Shown in pieces: positions 13,051 through 26,704 of a stretch of DNA of 64,000 nt. A program made the translations under genes and the position numbers. The stretch is from assembly GCA_028534125.1 (NCBI GenBank), contig CM052816.1:47742001-47806000 (forward strand), read 5' to 3'. A model generated the notes under the pieces. It was not told where the DNA came from. It ran no database searches and saw only the letters and a list, made by a program, of their open reading frames with translations. This DNA comes from Lama glama (lineage: Eukaryota). Position 1 is the first letter of the stretch, and every line of letters starts with the position of its first letter.

Positions 13051-14884
13051 CTCTGAAAGACTGCTTCTACTGAATCACAAATGAAATCTCTCCACCTTGT
13101 TAAGTTGCTATAAAACTGCTGGAAATGATCGTATAGTACTTTATGTAATAGTTGTATTCACTCTTGATTTAATTGGCAAAGAAACAGGATAAGCGGGTAA
13201 CACTCCCAGTCATGGTTGTAACAGAACTAAGGCCAACTCTGTTTGTTTTAGGGGAGGGGGTTAAATGGTGACTTAAAAAAAAAAACACAAAAATTACTTT
13301 CATGTTGACCATCCACCTCTGACTAGCAGAAGAGACACTAAGCCTTCAGAATGAACCATGGCTAGTTGGTTCTGAATGAACTAGGCTCTGGATTTTCCAT
13401 TGGTTTCAAACCACCTAAAGGGTCTTGTCTACATTAAAACCAGGTATCAGCACTCAGGGATAAGAAATCTGATTACCCAGCTCCCTACTGGGCCCTACCC
13501 AACGTTACCGTCATTGAGAAGGGACTGCATTTTTACACATCATAATCGCTCTACTATTCTCTAAGGACCCTGAGGTAGGGACTGTGAAATAGCCATTTTT
13601 ATGCCCTCATCGCCATCGTCCCCACCACCTAAGAAGCAGTGTCAGGCCTTTAGTATAGTGGTGATTTAGTAAGACACATTGAATTGGACATAGATTTATA
13701 GAATTTGCTCCTCAAGTGTTGTCAAGCCTCTTTACACCTTCATTTTAAATAGTCCTAAAATATAAAAGAAAAAAATGTTTCAGTTTGGGGGTTACATTTA
13801 GATCAAGGATAGTTTAAAAATGCTTGTTCTTTTTCTTTCTTTTCCTTAAGTAGTACTCTGCTTTGGAGAAGCTAGGTATTTGCTGCAGGCAAGTTCTTTT
13901 CATTTAGTTGTAACTGGACAACTGGGTAAAAAAAAAACTAGGAGAGGCTATTAGAGCCAATGCTAATTGTATGTAGCAAATAGAACTGCAAGGGGCTTAA
14001 CTGTTTTGGAATATCACTGCAAAACTACATTTCAAATGTGAGAAACGTGTCTGTAGCTGAAGGGGTACAGTTTCATGTCAGATCTTAAAGTAAGAAAAAC
14101 ATTGTATGTTTTTGTGAGTATAGATGTGGTTTATTCCCACCCCCGCTACCATCACTTTTTTATTTTGTGACCTTGAAATCAGATAGTGTGGGGAGACCAA
14201 CGTGCTGATGTGTTTGGGAAACAAGAACTATAAGTTACTCAGAGTACTTAATAAAATGTTTTATTAGGCTGCAAAGTTATTCCTAGTCCGACATATACTT
14301 GTTGGTCACCTCTCTAACCCTTCTAATTCCCCTTTTCTTCCTTTATTCCTAAGATCAGCAGTCTGATCTTCTTTATTTTCCCCCAGACATTAGGATCACT
14401 GGAGCGGAACCTGAAAAAGAGAGAAGATAGTCCTAAGGCAAAATAGAGGAATTCCTAAGATTCTCATGGGAACCTTTGGCATAGCATGTGGGTAAGTATA
14501 GAGCCTTTCCTAAGTGCCCAATAGATGACCCCTGCTCTGTATCACCTGATCTCTGAGGCAACGTTCAGTGTCAAGGTAATGCTGTAGTCAAAAATATTTA
14601 GAGTTTGTCTATAAATACACACTGTAATACAATTTAATAACTGCAGCACAACCAAACGGACTGTGCTTACTTTAAAAAGTCACTTTAATCTTTCCTATTA
14701 ATATTCACTCTGGGTAGTGCCTAATGAAATGCTACATCTTTGTTTTCAAGTTATGAATTTTTCCATTACTCTGCTAGGGAGTTTAGATTCTGTCTGTTTG
14801 CATTTTTGTTTTGTTTAGTTTGTTTGTTTGAAATATCTCTATCTAGTAGCAGGGAAATTGTGACTTAAAGGTAATGGTGATAAA

Positions 14885-15183
14885 AGATGAAAGCAGTCAA
14901 AAAGTACAAACTTCCAATTATAAAATAACTAAGTACTAGGGATGTAATGTAAACAAACATGATAAATAAAATTTAAACACTGCTGTATGTTATATATGTA
15001 AATTGTTAAGTCCTGAGTTCTCATCACAAGAAAAAAAATCATTTTCTATATCTTTAATTTTATATCGACATGAGATGACAGATGATAATCATTTCATGAT
15101 GTATGTAAGTCAAATTATGCTGTACATCTTAAACTTATACAGTGCAGTATGTCAATTATATCTCAAAGCTGGAAGGAAAAAAA
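14885..15183 (+). mobile_element. LINE-1 3' UTR end (old L1M-type)
   Basis: Characteristic L1 3' terminus ...gtacatcttaaacttatacagtgcagtatgtcaattatatctcaa followed by an A-rich tail. Confidence 0.75.
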
Positions 15184-17295
15184 GTAACAGGGATGGGGAG
15201 GAGTGGAGGGGAACTGGCCATGTACTGATACTTGTTAAAACATATTTCTCTTTATTCTTTATGTTTGAACTTTGCCGTAAATAACATAAAGTAAGTAAAA
15301 AGAGTAGAGAGAAATACATGCTACTTTTTAGTTGGAACTAGAAATGGAAATAGGTAAAGGCACCACATCCCAAGTCTACAGTCTGCCTTCCACTGTAGAA
15401 ATAGCACAGAAATAAACTTGTGCTCAACAGGCTGAACAGGGAATGTCACTTAGGCAGACTGAAAATGCAACATCCAACTCACTTACCTGAAGAAGAAGAA
15501 ATCATATATGAGCCTTAATGTCAGGGCATCAGCTTTATTTTGTATATCATCAATTCAGATACAATTCCTTCTACAGCCACAAAATATGGTCAGTGTTAAT
15601 TTTCATAGATTGGGATTTGTTTAAGCCCTTAAAAAAAATGGTTACACCAGCAACACCAGGTTTTCATATTTGTCTTCCTAATGAACTATGACACAACAAT
15701 TTTATTCTTATCCCTGTGGAAATCGTATTCTGCCATCTCTCTCAAATGCCCATTTTTATTTCCCTTTGCATGAAACTAAAGGAATTGTCAAATGCTTTTC
15801 AGAAAAACAAAATAAAAATAATTGACATGTTAGACATCACCGTCATAGTTCTAAGATTTTATACATACATTCATTTATCTAAAGCACTTTTCCTGCCTTT
15901 CTGTTTTTCCTTTGAAATTATTCTTTCCATTATAGACTCTTTCAGGATGCTCCCAATACATTGGACTTGTAACTTGCCATGTCCTTCCTTAACATCATAT
16001 TTTCTCCTTTTTTCTCTTTTTCTTACCCAATTTACTAGTCCAAATTACCAACATATGTTCAAGGAGTGTCTGGATCTCCAAAGTTAAAAACTACAAATGG
16101 TTTAAGTTTGAGGAGGAATTCAAATACGTGGCAAAGTCTACCCTCAACAGCACCCAACCAAATAAAAAAGAAGAAAAAGCTCTCTTTCTTAAGCCTTTAA
16201 ACATATTTTCACTGGAAGCAGAGTTAGTGATACCCTGCCACCTTCTTTTACCTGTGTGGCCTTTCCAGCTCTCTGTATGACATCATCTTAACTCCGTTTT
16301 TTCTTTGTTTTTTTAAAAAAATTTGCTATAGGTAAATTTATCTTTCTAACCCAATGTATGATGCACAGGAGAATAAGACGGTTAAATAGGACAAATATCA
16401 AAACCAGTAAAGGCTCTTGTAATTAATGTAAATTTTGTATCTCAAATACAATTTTGAAACCACTAGTAGTAGGAAAACATTCATGTCTTAAGTGTTAATA
16501 ATAGCTTATTGAAGGGCTCCCTTGGGGGCAATAATAAAGATGGGAATCTCAAGAAAATCTAAAACTATCATACATAGTGGCTTTAGGGATAGAAATTGGG
16601 GGAAAGGATTGACTAGTTATCAACAGAACCAGAGGGGGAAAGGCCCATAAAAAGAACAGATAGGGACATATTAGTGTCAGAACAGTAAAGAAAAATACAC
16701 ATGCACTGCCTCTAGTTTTCCACCCATGTTCCAGTCTCCCTGAGGCCGAGAATTTTGGTAGTGCCCCAGGCTCACTCTTAAAAGAGCCAGGATTTCTTCT
16801 GCTGGGACCCTGTCTGTTCCAGCTGCCCCAAGATGACCCACACATGAGAAGTACCCCTACTCTCTCAACTCTTTCAAATCTTTGCTCAAACGTCACCTTC
16901 TCAATGAGGCCTCCTCTGGACACCCTATATAAAGGCTGACATCCTCCCAAATCCTTTCCTCACTTCTGATAATCCGATGTGAATTGTTTACGTTAGTCTC
17001 CACACGGCCTCAAGTTACTTCTCTTTTGGACACTCCTGCCTGCCACTTCTCCTTTAAATCCTTCCAGGAAGGGGCGTGGTTAAGGGCGGTGGCTCACGGA
17101 GAGGAGGAGCGTGTCTGCAGGCCACGCCCACTCGCGTAGCGGGCGGGGCGGCCACACGGCCCCGGAGGCGTTCCCTCCTGGTCCGCGCCAGAAACGTGAG
17201 TGTGGACGGGATTACCACGTGAGTTTGACGTCAGTGCGCCGGCGCCGGCCGGCCGGCCAGACTCCTACTTCCGCGAGGTTGTGGTGGTGGTTTAG

Positions 17296-18235
<940 letters not shown>

Positions 18236-18469
18236 GCACATGTTGACCACTCATGGTTTGAGTTTTGGCCTGGTAGCCACGTCTGTCCTGTTATAACTCC
18301 CCCTCCCCCCGTTCGGTTTAATCTCTCGCAAGCACCACAAAAACTCCATCATCCATTCCAGCACAAGCTTCCCTCTAGCAGGTATTCCATGTGAGACCTG
18401 TTGGTACTGATGTCTCTTTACCTTTAACTCACCTCTATGTCATATCACTTTATTTTTGTGCTGCACACA

Positions 18470-18665
18470 AAAAAATGCTAAGTTGTGAGCATTTAGCAAG
18501 TGTTAACGGATTTTATCCTCACAGCTACCCCATGAGGTAGATGCTGTCATTATCCTTAACTTTACATCTGAGGAAACTGAGGTACAGAGAGGTTGAAGAA
18601 CTTAAGGCTACATTGTTAGTAAGTGGGAGAGCCAGGATTTGAACCCATTGAATCTAGTTCTAGCA
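18470..18665 (-). mobile_element. MIR SINE
   Basis: atcctcacagctaccccatgaggtag...tttacatctgaggaaactgaggtacagagaggtt...gagccaggatttgaaccca. Confidence 0.75.
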
Positions 18666-18705
18666 TTCCTTCTAGACAGCCGTGCTGTCTCTGAAACTAG
18701 CACCT

Positions 18706-19129
18706 GCGTTAGTGGTAATTTTTGGACTGCTGTTAAAAAATTACCACAAACTGGGTGGCTTAAAACAACAGAAATTTATTGTTTTACAGTTCTGGAGGCT
18801 AGAAGTTTGAGCTCAAGGTGTTGGCCCAGCTGTGCTTTCTGCAGCTTCTAGGGAGGATCCTTTCTCTTCCAGCTTCTGGTAACCTCAAGTGTTCTTTGCT
18901 TGTGGCAGCTGACTCCAATTTTGTCTTCATCTTTATATAGTGTTCTCCTTGTGTCTCTATCTTCCCATGTTCTTACAAAGATACCAGTCTTACTGAGTTA
19001 GGTACCCATTCTACTTCATTATGGCCTCAACTGATTACATCTGCAGGAAACTTATTTCCTCACATTCTGAGCTACTGGGAGTTAGGACTCAACAGACCTT
19101 TTTTGGCAATCATAATTAAACCAATAACA
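18706..19129 (-). mobile_element. MLT1-type (ERVL-MaLR) solo LTR in CCNH intron 1
   Basis: aaattaccacaaactgggtggcttaaaacaacagaaatttatt...cagttctggaggctagaagt and cacattctgag...gttaggact motifs. Confidence 0.8.
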
Positions 19130-19617
19130 GCACCAAGTAGATATTCATTGTAAAACTGAAGTATTTATTGACCATCTAGTGTATCCTGTAGGGATCTTAC
19201 AAAGGTGGGTAAGAGGTATTGTGTTAAGGGTCTGAATTATCCTTGAGACACTTGTTAATATTTATTTCAACCTGTGTAACTTAATAACTGTCTGAGAAAG
19301 GGATATTGATAGCTTTCCAACCCTTGACAACGTGTATCTTCTTTTTGATTTGACATCAAGCCTGTGAACATAGATGCACACTTTCTCTGTCATGATTGCT
19401 TATACCGTAGTGAAGCAAATATCCTGCTGACATTCTGAGAAATTATGCAATTATGGTATAGTTTTAGTTTATTAGTTTCTTAAAAGCAGTTTTGTGTAAT
19501 AATTTGCAATTCTATAAAGAGAAAATGAGATATGGTATATTTCTCTTTGGTTGGAGATAAAAACTAGATTTTAATCTGGACAGGGAGAAATATTTCAAGA
19601 TTATCTTAATTTATTGA

Positions 19618-19791
<174 letters not shown>

Positions 19792-21024
19792 TAATGTCCT
19801 TTAGCTAACTTCTGAAATCTGACCTCTTCTAAATTTGTAACTTAGTTTACTGTTCACTTTACTCAAAAATGTACCTTAGTTATATAAATATTTAATTTTA
19901 TGTATGTAAGTTCTTATCACATATATAAATGCCTTAAATTATGAATTCCTACATTGAATCTTACAAAGTGTTTCGAGAATCATTTCATATCAAAGGAATT
20001 TTTAAGTCTTTTAGGCAGGGCATGACATCCTCATTTTATAGAGAAAGACAAAAATCAAATGACTTTCCTTGGGTTCTCAATTATTAATGATTAGTGGAAC
20101 TGGGACCAGAACATAGACCTGTGCTTTTTCAACTCTGTCACACACAGTTGAAATAATGCATTCATTTGTCATTTGTAATCATATGCCTCAGCTGAAACTC
20201 ATGGTATAAGAAACTTAGAAACTTTGAGTAGTAGAAGCTGGAAATTTATTTTTGGGTAAAAACTTGTGGTTGTTTCATATGTATGGTTCTGAGAACCCTA
20301 TTTGTGTGTATGTGTATGTGTGGTGGAGAGGTAATGGTGAGGAGAGAAGTAGTTAGAACTTTTTGGCTATATGAATCTGTACATGCTGTCCTTGTAATTG
20401 TTCCTATTATGTGTATTCTTGTTTATAGAAGATAAGCTGAGATTAAAAAGCAGAAAGATTTTTAAAAAGGAAGGAGTATAAAATAATTTTCATTGTCTCA
20501 CAGGTTTGTTGTGAAGATCAAATATGAAAGTCTTGTCTTCAGTGAAAGTTGATCATACGTTTTAAAGTTACACAGAGTGAATAATTTATGGCCTGATAGA
20601 GAATGACCTAGGAAGTAATCTTCATTTTTATAGTTGCAAAAACTGAAGTATATTGAAAATATCAAGTCCAAAAGTATTCATAATGTTTTCTTTTTTCTTT
20701 CTTTCTTTTTTTTTTTAACTGGACCTGCATCTAAGAGATGCCATTCATGAAGAATTTTAAGTGCATTTGGATTAGTTTCTGTCTCCAGATTTGGTCCTAG
20801 ACTTTTCTGATAAGAGAACTATAATGTGAAGTAGTAGGATTAAGTGATCTTTTCAGATGAAGAGACTGAATTCTTGAGTGAGCTTCTTTGTGGAATTTGT
20901 CTTTATACAGCATGATAGTTTTGGGGTTTTTTTTTTATATAAAATGGCAAAAACTAAACTTTTAAAATTTTTAAAGAGAAGTTTTCTTTTTCCATCCTGT
21001 TTATTTCATTGGTACTAGCCTAAT

Positions 21025-21235
21025 GACAGAGTGGTTAAAAGCAGAGGCCAGTCTTGGTTGAATCCAGCCCTGTCTCTTATTAGATGTGTGACCTTGCTCA
21101 AGTCAGTTAACCTCACTGATACTCAGTTTCCTTCTCTGTAGACATAGCAGTACTTCACCAAGCTGTTAGAAGAATTTAAACAAGATAGTTTGGTATTTGG
21201 CAGAGTCTGGCACCTGGAATACAGTCATAAATCAT
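21025..21235 (+). mobile_element. MIR SINE
   Basis: tgtgtgaccttgctcaagtcagttaacctcactgatactcagtttcc core. Confidence 0.65.
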
Positions 21236-21671
21236 GGATTCTGCTTCTGCTGTTTAGTTTGGCAGCAGTTTCCACAGTTATATCACAGATCCTGAGTGAA
21301 TTTAGAGAGAAGGCTTATTGCCCTGATCGTGTTATTCTGTCAGTATTTTACAAGATTGAGTAAGCTATGGTCATTTATGTATGTATTAGACGAATATCCA
21401 TACTTGCATAAAATAAACACTTTTTTTTTTTTAAAGTAAGCCAATAACCACAGGAAGGATAACCCAGAGTGAGTGAGGAAGGACAACAAAGGGTCTTTTG
21501 GCTGTGGTGTTTCTATAGTAATTCATCAGATTATTTTGATTTAAGAAGAATTAACAAGTTATGCTGTTTTGTGCTGGTGACTTTCTCAAAGAAACTAAAT
21601 TTTTTTTTAAATACAAAATTTAACTTGTATGTGCGAATAGGTTCTGAAAACATATATGTTTTTAACCTTAG

Positions 21672-21745
21672 GGTACGGCTTGTATGTATTTCAAGCGTTT
21701 TTACCTTAATAACTCCATAATGGAATATCACCCCCGGATAATAAT
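21672..21745 (+). CDS. CCNH: Cyclin H exon 3
   Basis: Acceptor ccttag|, 74 nt, GTACMYFKRFYLNNSIMEYHPRII(M) of the cyclin box, donor |gtgagt. Confidence 0.97.
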
Positions 21746-22776
21746 GTGAGTATAAGTCTAATTTATTGATTTTCATTTAAGAAGACCTTTATACTATTTG
21801 AGCATGTGTGTATGAAAAAATGACTTCCTAATGGAATAATTTAAATTTATCTATTCTGAACTTAAGATCCCTCCTTATGCTCCTTAATATACCTGTATAA
21901 TACTTCCTTCAGTGTAATACTGATGGCATCTGAATTTGAACTTGTCCAAATTCAGATTCTGTTTTTCTCAAACTAGCTCCCCTAATATTCCTTTCCATTA
22001 GTCGCACCTTTCTTCTCCCAGTTGCTCTGACCGAGAATCATTGATGGTAACTCCTCTCCCTCTACATCTAGGTAGTTTACAAGTCCTAGAGTCCATATTC
22101 ATTTCACTTGAATAGAGGTCTGTTGTGTTTCTGCTCTCTGCTAAGCACACCTATGCTTATCTTTAAAGATAAAGATGAAATTAGTATGAGACTCATTAAA
22201 GAGCTTGCTGTCAATCACTTTGTCCCCGGATATTTTCTGTTTTTCATTCCTGTTTCTACCAGCCTAGGTCAGGCCCTTGTTGCTTTGAATCTCGATTTTT
22301 GTGGTAATTTTAGTACCAGTTTCTCACTCTGAAATTTATGTGGTAGCCATGAAGTTTCACAGGTTTGTTCCTGAGGTAATAATCCCCTATTTAACTGCCC
22401 TTGGAGACTTCCACTTAATGGCTTTCCACAGTGTTTCTTTAATATACCTTTCTTCCAGGCTCATATGATACATATGTGTGTACTGTTACATTTTTTTCTC
22501 TTCCATCTACATTTCATGATGCAGGGTACCCTTACTCCTCAGTAATTTTGTGTTTCCAAATATTTAGGCTGTACTATATGAAACTGCCATTTAGTCAATA
22601 ATAGTTGAATACTGTGGGAATATTATACAGTTCAATCTAATTTTAGTTTCCTTACAGATAAAAAGTGTATGAAACTTTTTTTAACCGATTTCCTGAGATG
22701 TCTAGCATAGTAATTTGTGAATTTTAGGCAATTTTAGAATATACTTCGAGAAATATGTAGTTGTTTCTCAAAGTAA

Positions 22777-23034
<258 letters not shown>

Positions 23035-23169
23035 TAAAGTGAACTGGTAGAGTGTACTCCCTTGCTATTGTTCTTTAACCAAAATAAGCCAAATGTACTA
23101 TGACTTATGATGTTCCTAGTTGTTACAACAGGAGCTTGCTGAAATGTGAGTTTGGCCAGGACCTCTAGG

Positions 23170-23295
23170 GCAGTAGTTCTCAGATCTCAGTGTGTGTTGG
23201 AATCACCTGGAGGGCTTGTTAACTTCATTTGTCGGGCTCTAGCTCCTGAGCTTCTGATTTAGTAGACCTGCAAATACTGGTGCAGGGACCATGAT
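23170..23295. mobile_element. MER5A-like MITE fragment
   Basis: cagtagttctca...gaatcacctggagggcttgttaa...ttctgattt agtag. Confidence 0.55.
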
Positions 23296-23589
23296 GAGGG
23301 CCATTGTGCATTTAGAATAATGCTTTTAAAGACTTGAGATAATTCTGACTTTGAAGTATAATGTCATGGATCTCACTTAAAAAACCATACAAAATTCTTA
23401 AGTTTAAACTAGAAGATTGCTAAGCAGCTTCTATTTTTAAGGCTTTGTGAACTGAAATCAATATATAGGCATCAAAACCAAAAGTAAATAAAATGTTTTG
23501 TCAGAACATTGACAGAAGCAACTTGAACTGTTTTGGCCCTGAAAGAAGGCTTAGATAGTGTGAGTAAAGTGAAACAGAAGTCAGAAAAT

Positions 23590-25900
23590 GGTTCATTCAT
23601 CTTGAGTGGTGAAATTCGGGTACCTTCTCTATGCTAAACATCATGCTTGAGGCTGTAGTCAAAAAGAAGACAGGAACAGCCTCAACTCTATCGGGCTTAC
23701 AGTCTAATAGGAGAGAGTCATGTATTCAGTGTGCTAAGTGTTAGCAGAAAGGGAAGAAGTGGGTACTTAAAAAGGAGATAGCAGATTGAGAGAGAGGAAG
23801 ACAGGTCTGAGAAAGTGTAAGTTAAAGTGAAATTCAGAGCAAGGGTAGGAATTAGGTGGGAGATGAATATCCCATTCAGAGAGACTTCTCTGGTTAAAGG
23901 CCCAGGTTTAAGAAACCATGGCATACTAAGAACCTGACAGAACTTAGAGATACAGGGGAAGGCTACCATGGAGTGCTGCCTGAGTAGAAGGCAGAGTCCA
24001 GACTGTGGAAGTGACATTAAGGATTTTGAGTGGAGCAGTGGGAAGCCAGTGAAAGGTTTAATTCTGAAGAGTGGCATGATTAGGTTTGCAGTTTTAAAAA
24101 ACATGTTGACAGGCTCATGCCTCAGTCTGCATCTGATGTTTATTGCACATCTATGTGTCAGGCATAATGTGGAGAATGGATTAGAATGGATGAAGGGATA
24201 CCAATTAGGATGCTGTTGGAGGAGTTTAGGTAAAAAGATGGTGGTTGGTTTGTCTCATGTAGTGGCAGTAGATGCAGAGAGAGCTGCTTGGTCTTCAGAG
24301 ATAGTAGGCAGAATCAGTAGCGCTTGAGGAATGATTACCTATAGAAAGTGAAGACAGAGGAAGAAGCCCTAGATTTCTAGCCTGGTCATATAAGTAGATG
24401 GTGATACACTTAGACTTACTGATACAGGAAACACTGGCACAGGAGAGATTTGTTGATGATGGAGAGGAGGGGGTCTGGTGAATTTGCTTTGGGTCATGAT
24501 GAGTCTCCATTGTGCACAAGGCATTTAGGTCGGTAAACCATTTGTGTCTGGAGGTCAGAGAAGATGGCTAGACTGGAGGTACAGGCTTGGGGGTCATTGT
24601 CCCAGGAAGATTTAAAGTAGATTGTCCATAAGGACCATTTAAAGGGTAACTAGAGAAACATAAGGAGGTAGTAAGAAGACTGAAGAGTATCCAAAGAGGT
24701 AGGATCTTTTGCAGAAGGAAAGTAGAATATGTTATGAAGATGATCACGGGCAGCTCTCCAGTCCTGCTCAGAGTTCAGGCAAAGGAAAAGTTGATGAATA
24801 ATGTTTGCTGGATTTAGTGCCAGAAAGGTGATTTGTGATCTTGGTGAAGTGTGGAGTAAGAAGGCAGGTTGGAGTTGGTTGGGGAATAAATAGAAGGTAA
24901 GAAAACAAGTGTGTACAACTTGGATTAAACAGGTTGTCTTTGAAGTGGAGAAAGAAGACGGGATGATTGAAGAGATGGAGGAACTGCTAGAAATAGAGGA
25001 AAGGCCAGTTTTGGTTGCATCTTGTTCTGTGGAAGAAACTGATGTGGAGAGCTAGTAGAGAACGCTCCACGGGAAATGTGTAGCTCGAGTTTTTCTTTGG
25101 AGTGTTGGTAGGAGGACCTGGCATGGAATTCAAAGTGAGGTAGAAGAATTGGCTCTTAACAGAGGGGAAGAGGAGAGCATGGGGAAGTGTTATGCCTGGG
25201 GATTTGGTGGTGGCGGGAAATAGTGTCTTTTTTAGCAGCAGAGATCATTTTCTGAGAGCAGTGGAGTTTCTGACAATTATCAAAGATGTTGAGATGGGTA
25301 GAAAATGTTTAACGTAATCATAGAAAATGGGAGAAAACATTTCCTGTGGGATATTACCATAGCTAAGCAGTATTGAGAGCCTTGCTTGAGGTCAGTGAAC
25401 TTGAATTTATAGTAATATTATCAGACCTCTTGGTTGTATTGTTTTCTCTAGCCACACCCAGAAATCTGGGTATAGTTGCAAAGCAGAAGGATGGTTAATT
25501 CAGCCACTATTGAAGTTGGGCTGGAAATGAGTTGGCAGCATATTGGGGCAGGGAATTCAAGAGGGAAATGAGGACCAGTGGACACCAGTGAGTAGGAGCA
25601 AGTATAGGGGTAAGGAAGCCAAGGTTCTGAGGAAGAAGTCAAAGAACGGCTGTGGAGTGCTTGAGCAGATGTCCATACTGAGAAAGGGAGCACTGTGGTC
25701 AGAGTGGGATGTCAGATTTGTCGTGTCAGACAGCAGGCATTTGGGAATAATAAGGCCTGGGTGTGACTGTACAAATGACTGGCTGTTTTGTTTCAGAGTA
25801 TCGAAATGATTTCATAGTGCTTTGGGACTTGAATGTGGATGTTTGAAATATATCTGAGGGGTTAGGATTTAGGGTTCACCTTAAAGGATAAGAATTGTCG
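23590..25900 (-). mobile_element. Long degraded LINE-2 region (boundaries approximate)
   Basis: Purine-rich + strand with L2 motifs (ttcattcat start, cttacagtcta, gggaagcca.tgaa.ggttt, agatttctagcctgg, ctggaggtcagagaaga, ttggatttag). Confidence 0.6.
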
Positions 25901-26540
25901 GGAAATAGAGGATCGTCCATATTTCTTGGGCATATACTAAAAATAATTCTGTAATGAAACCAGGATTCATTTCCATTTACTTCTTCCCAAAAGTAAACTT
26001 TAAGTAGAAGGAATTTCAAATCAAAATGATGTGGTGCTTTGTTTCTTAAATGTGGTCTTAAAGCTGAATCACCTGGATTGCCTGGGGAGCATTTACCTGG
26101 GAATATGTATTTCTTAGGTCAGCTTTCATACCCAGTTGAATCTCTTAGAGCCGCCCTCCCCCTTCCTTCTCAGTTGTAAAGGACAAAGAGAGGGGTTAAC
26201 ATAAGTCAGTATAGTGCCAAGTTCTATACTGGGAACCTTAGATATATTATCTCTAAGCATTTATCTCTTATTAATAGGTTGTATTTTAAAAAGTTTGAAA
26301 GCCATTGAGTAAAAGATTCCTAAAACATACAGAATTTAGTGACCATACTTTTGGTAGTCTGATGCTGAGTATAAAACTTACATGGAAAGATTATTTGTTG
26401 TTGCTGGGGTATAGAAAAGGAATTAACACTTTGAAAAAGTATCCTGTGTTCAGCACTTTCTGGTTTATATAAATATTTTTGTGCTTTTAATACTCCATTA
26501 AGCCCTCAGAAGTGATAACATTTGAAAACTTTGTTTCTAG

Positions 26541-26704
26541 ACTCGCTATCCCATGTTGGAGAATCCAGAGGTTTTGAGGAAAACCGCTGATGACTTCCTT
26601 AATAGAGTTGCATTGACGGATGCTCCCCTTTTATACACACCTTCTCAGATTGCCCTGACTGCCATTCTGTCTAGTGCATCCAGAGCTGGAGTTAGTATGG
26701 AAAG
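26541..26704 (+). CDS. CCNH: Cyclin H exon 5
   Basis: Acceptor tttctag|, 164 nt, [54 protein letters not shown](S), donor |gtatta. Confidence 0.97.
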
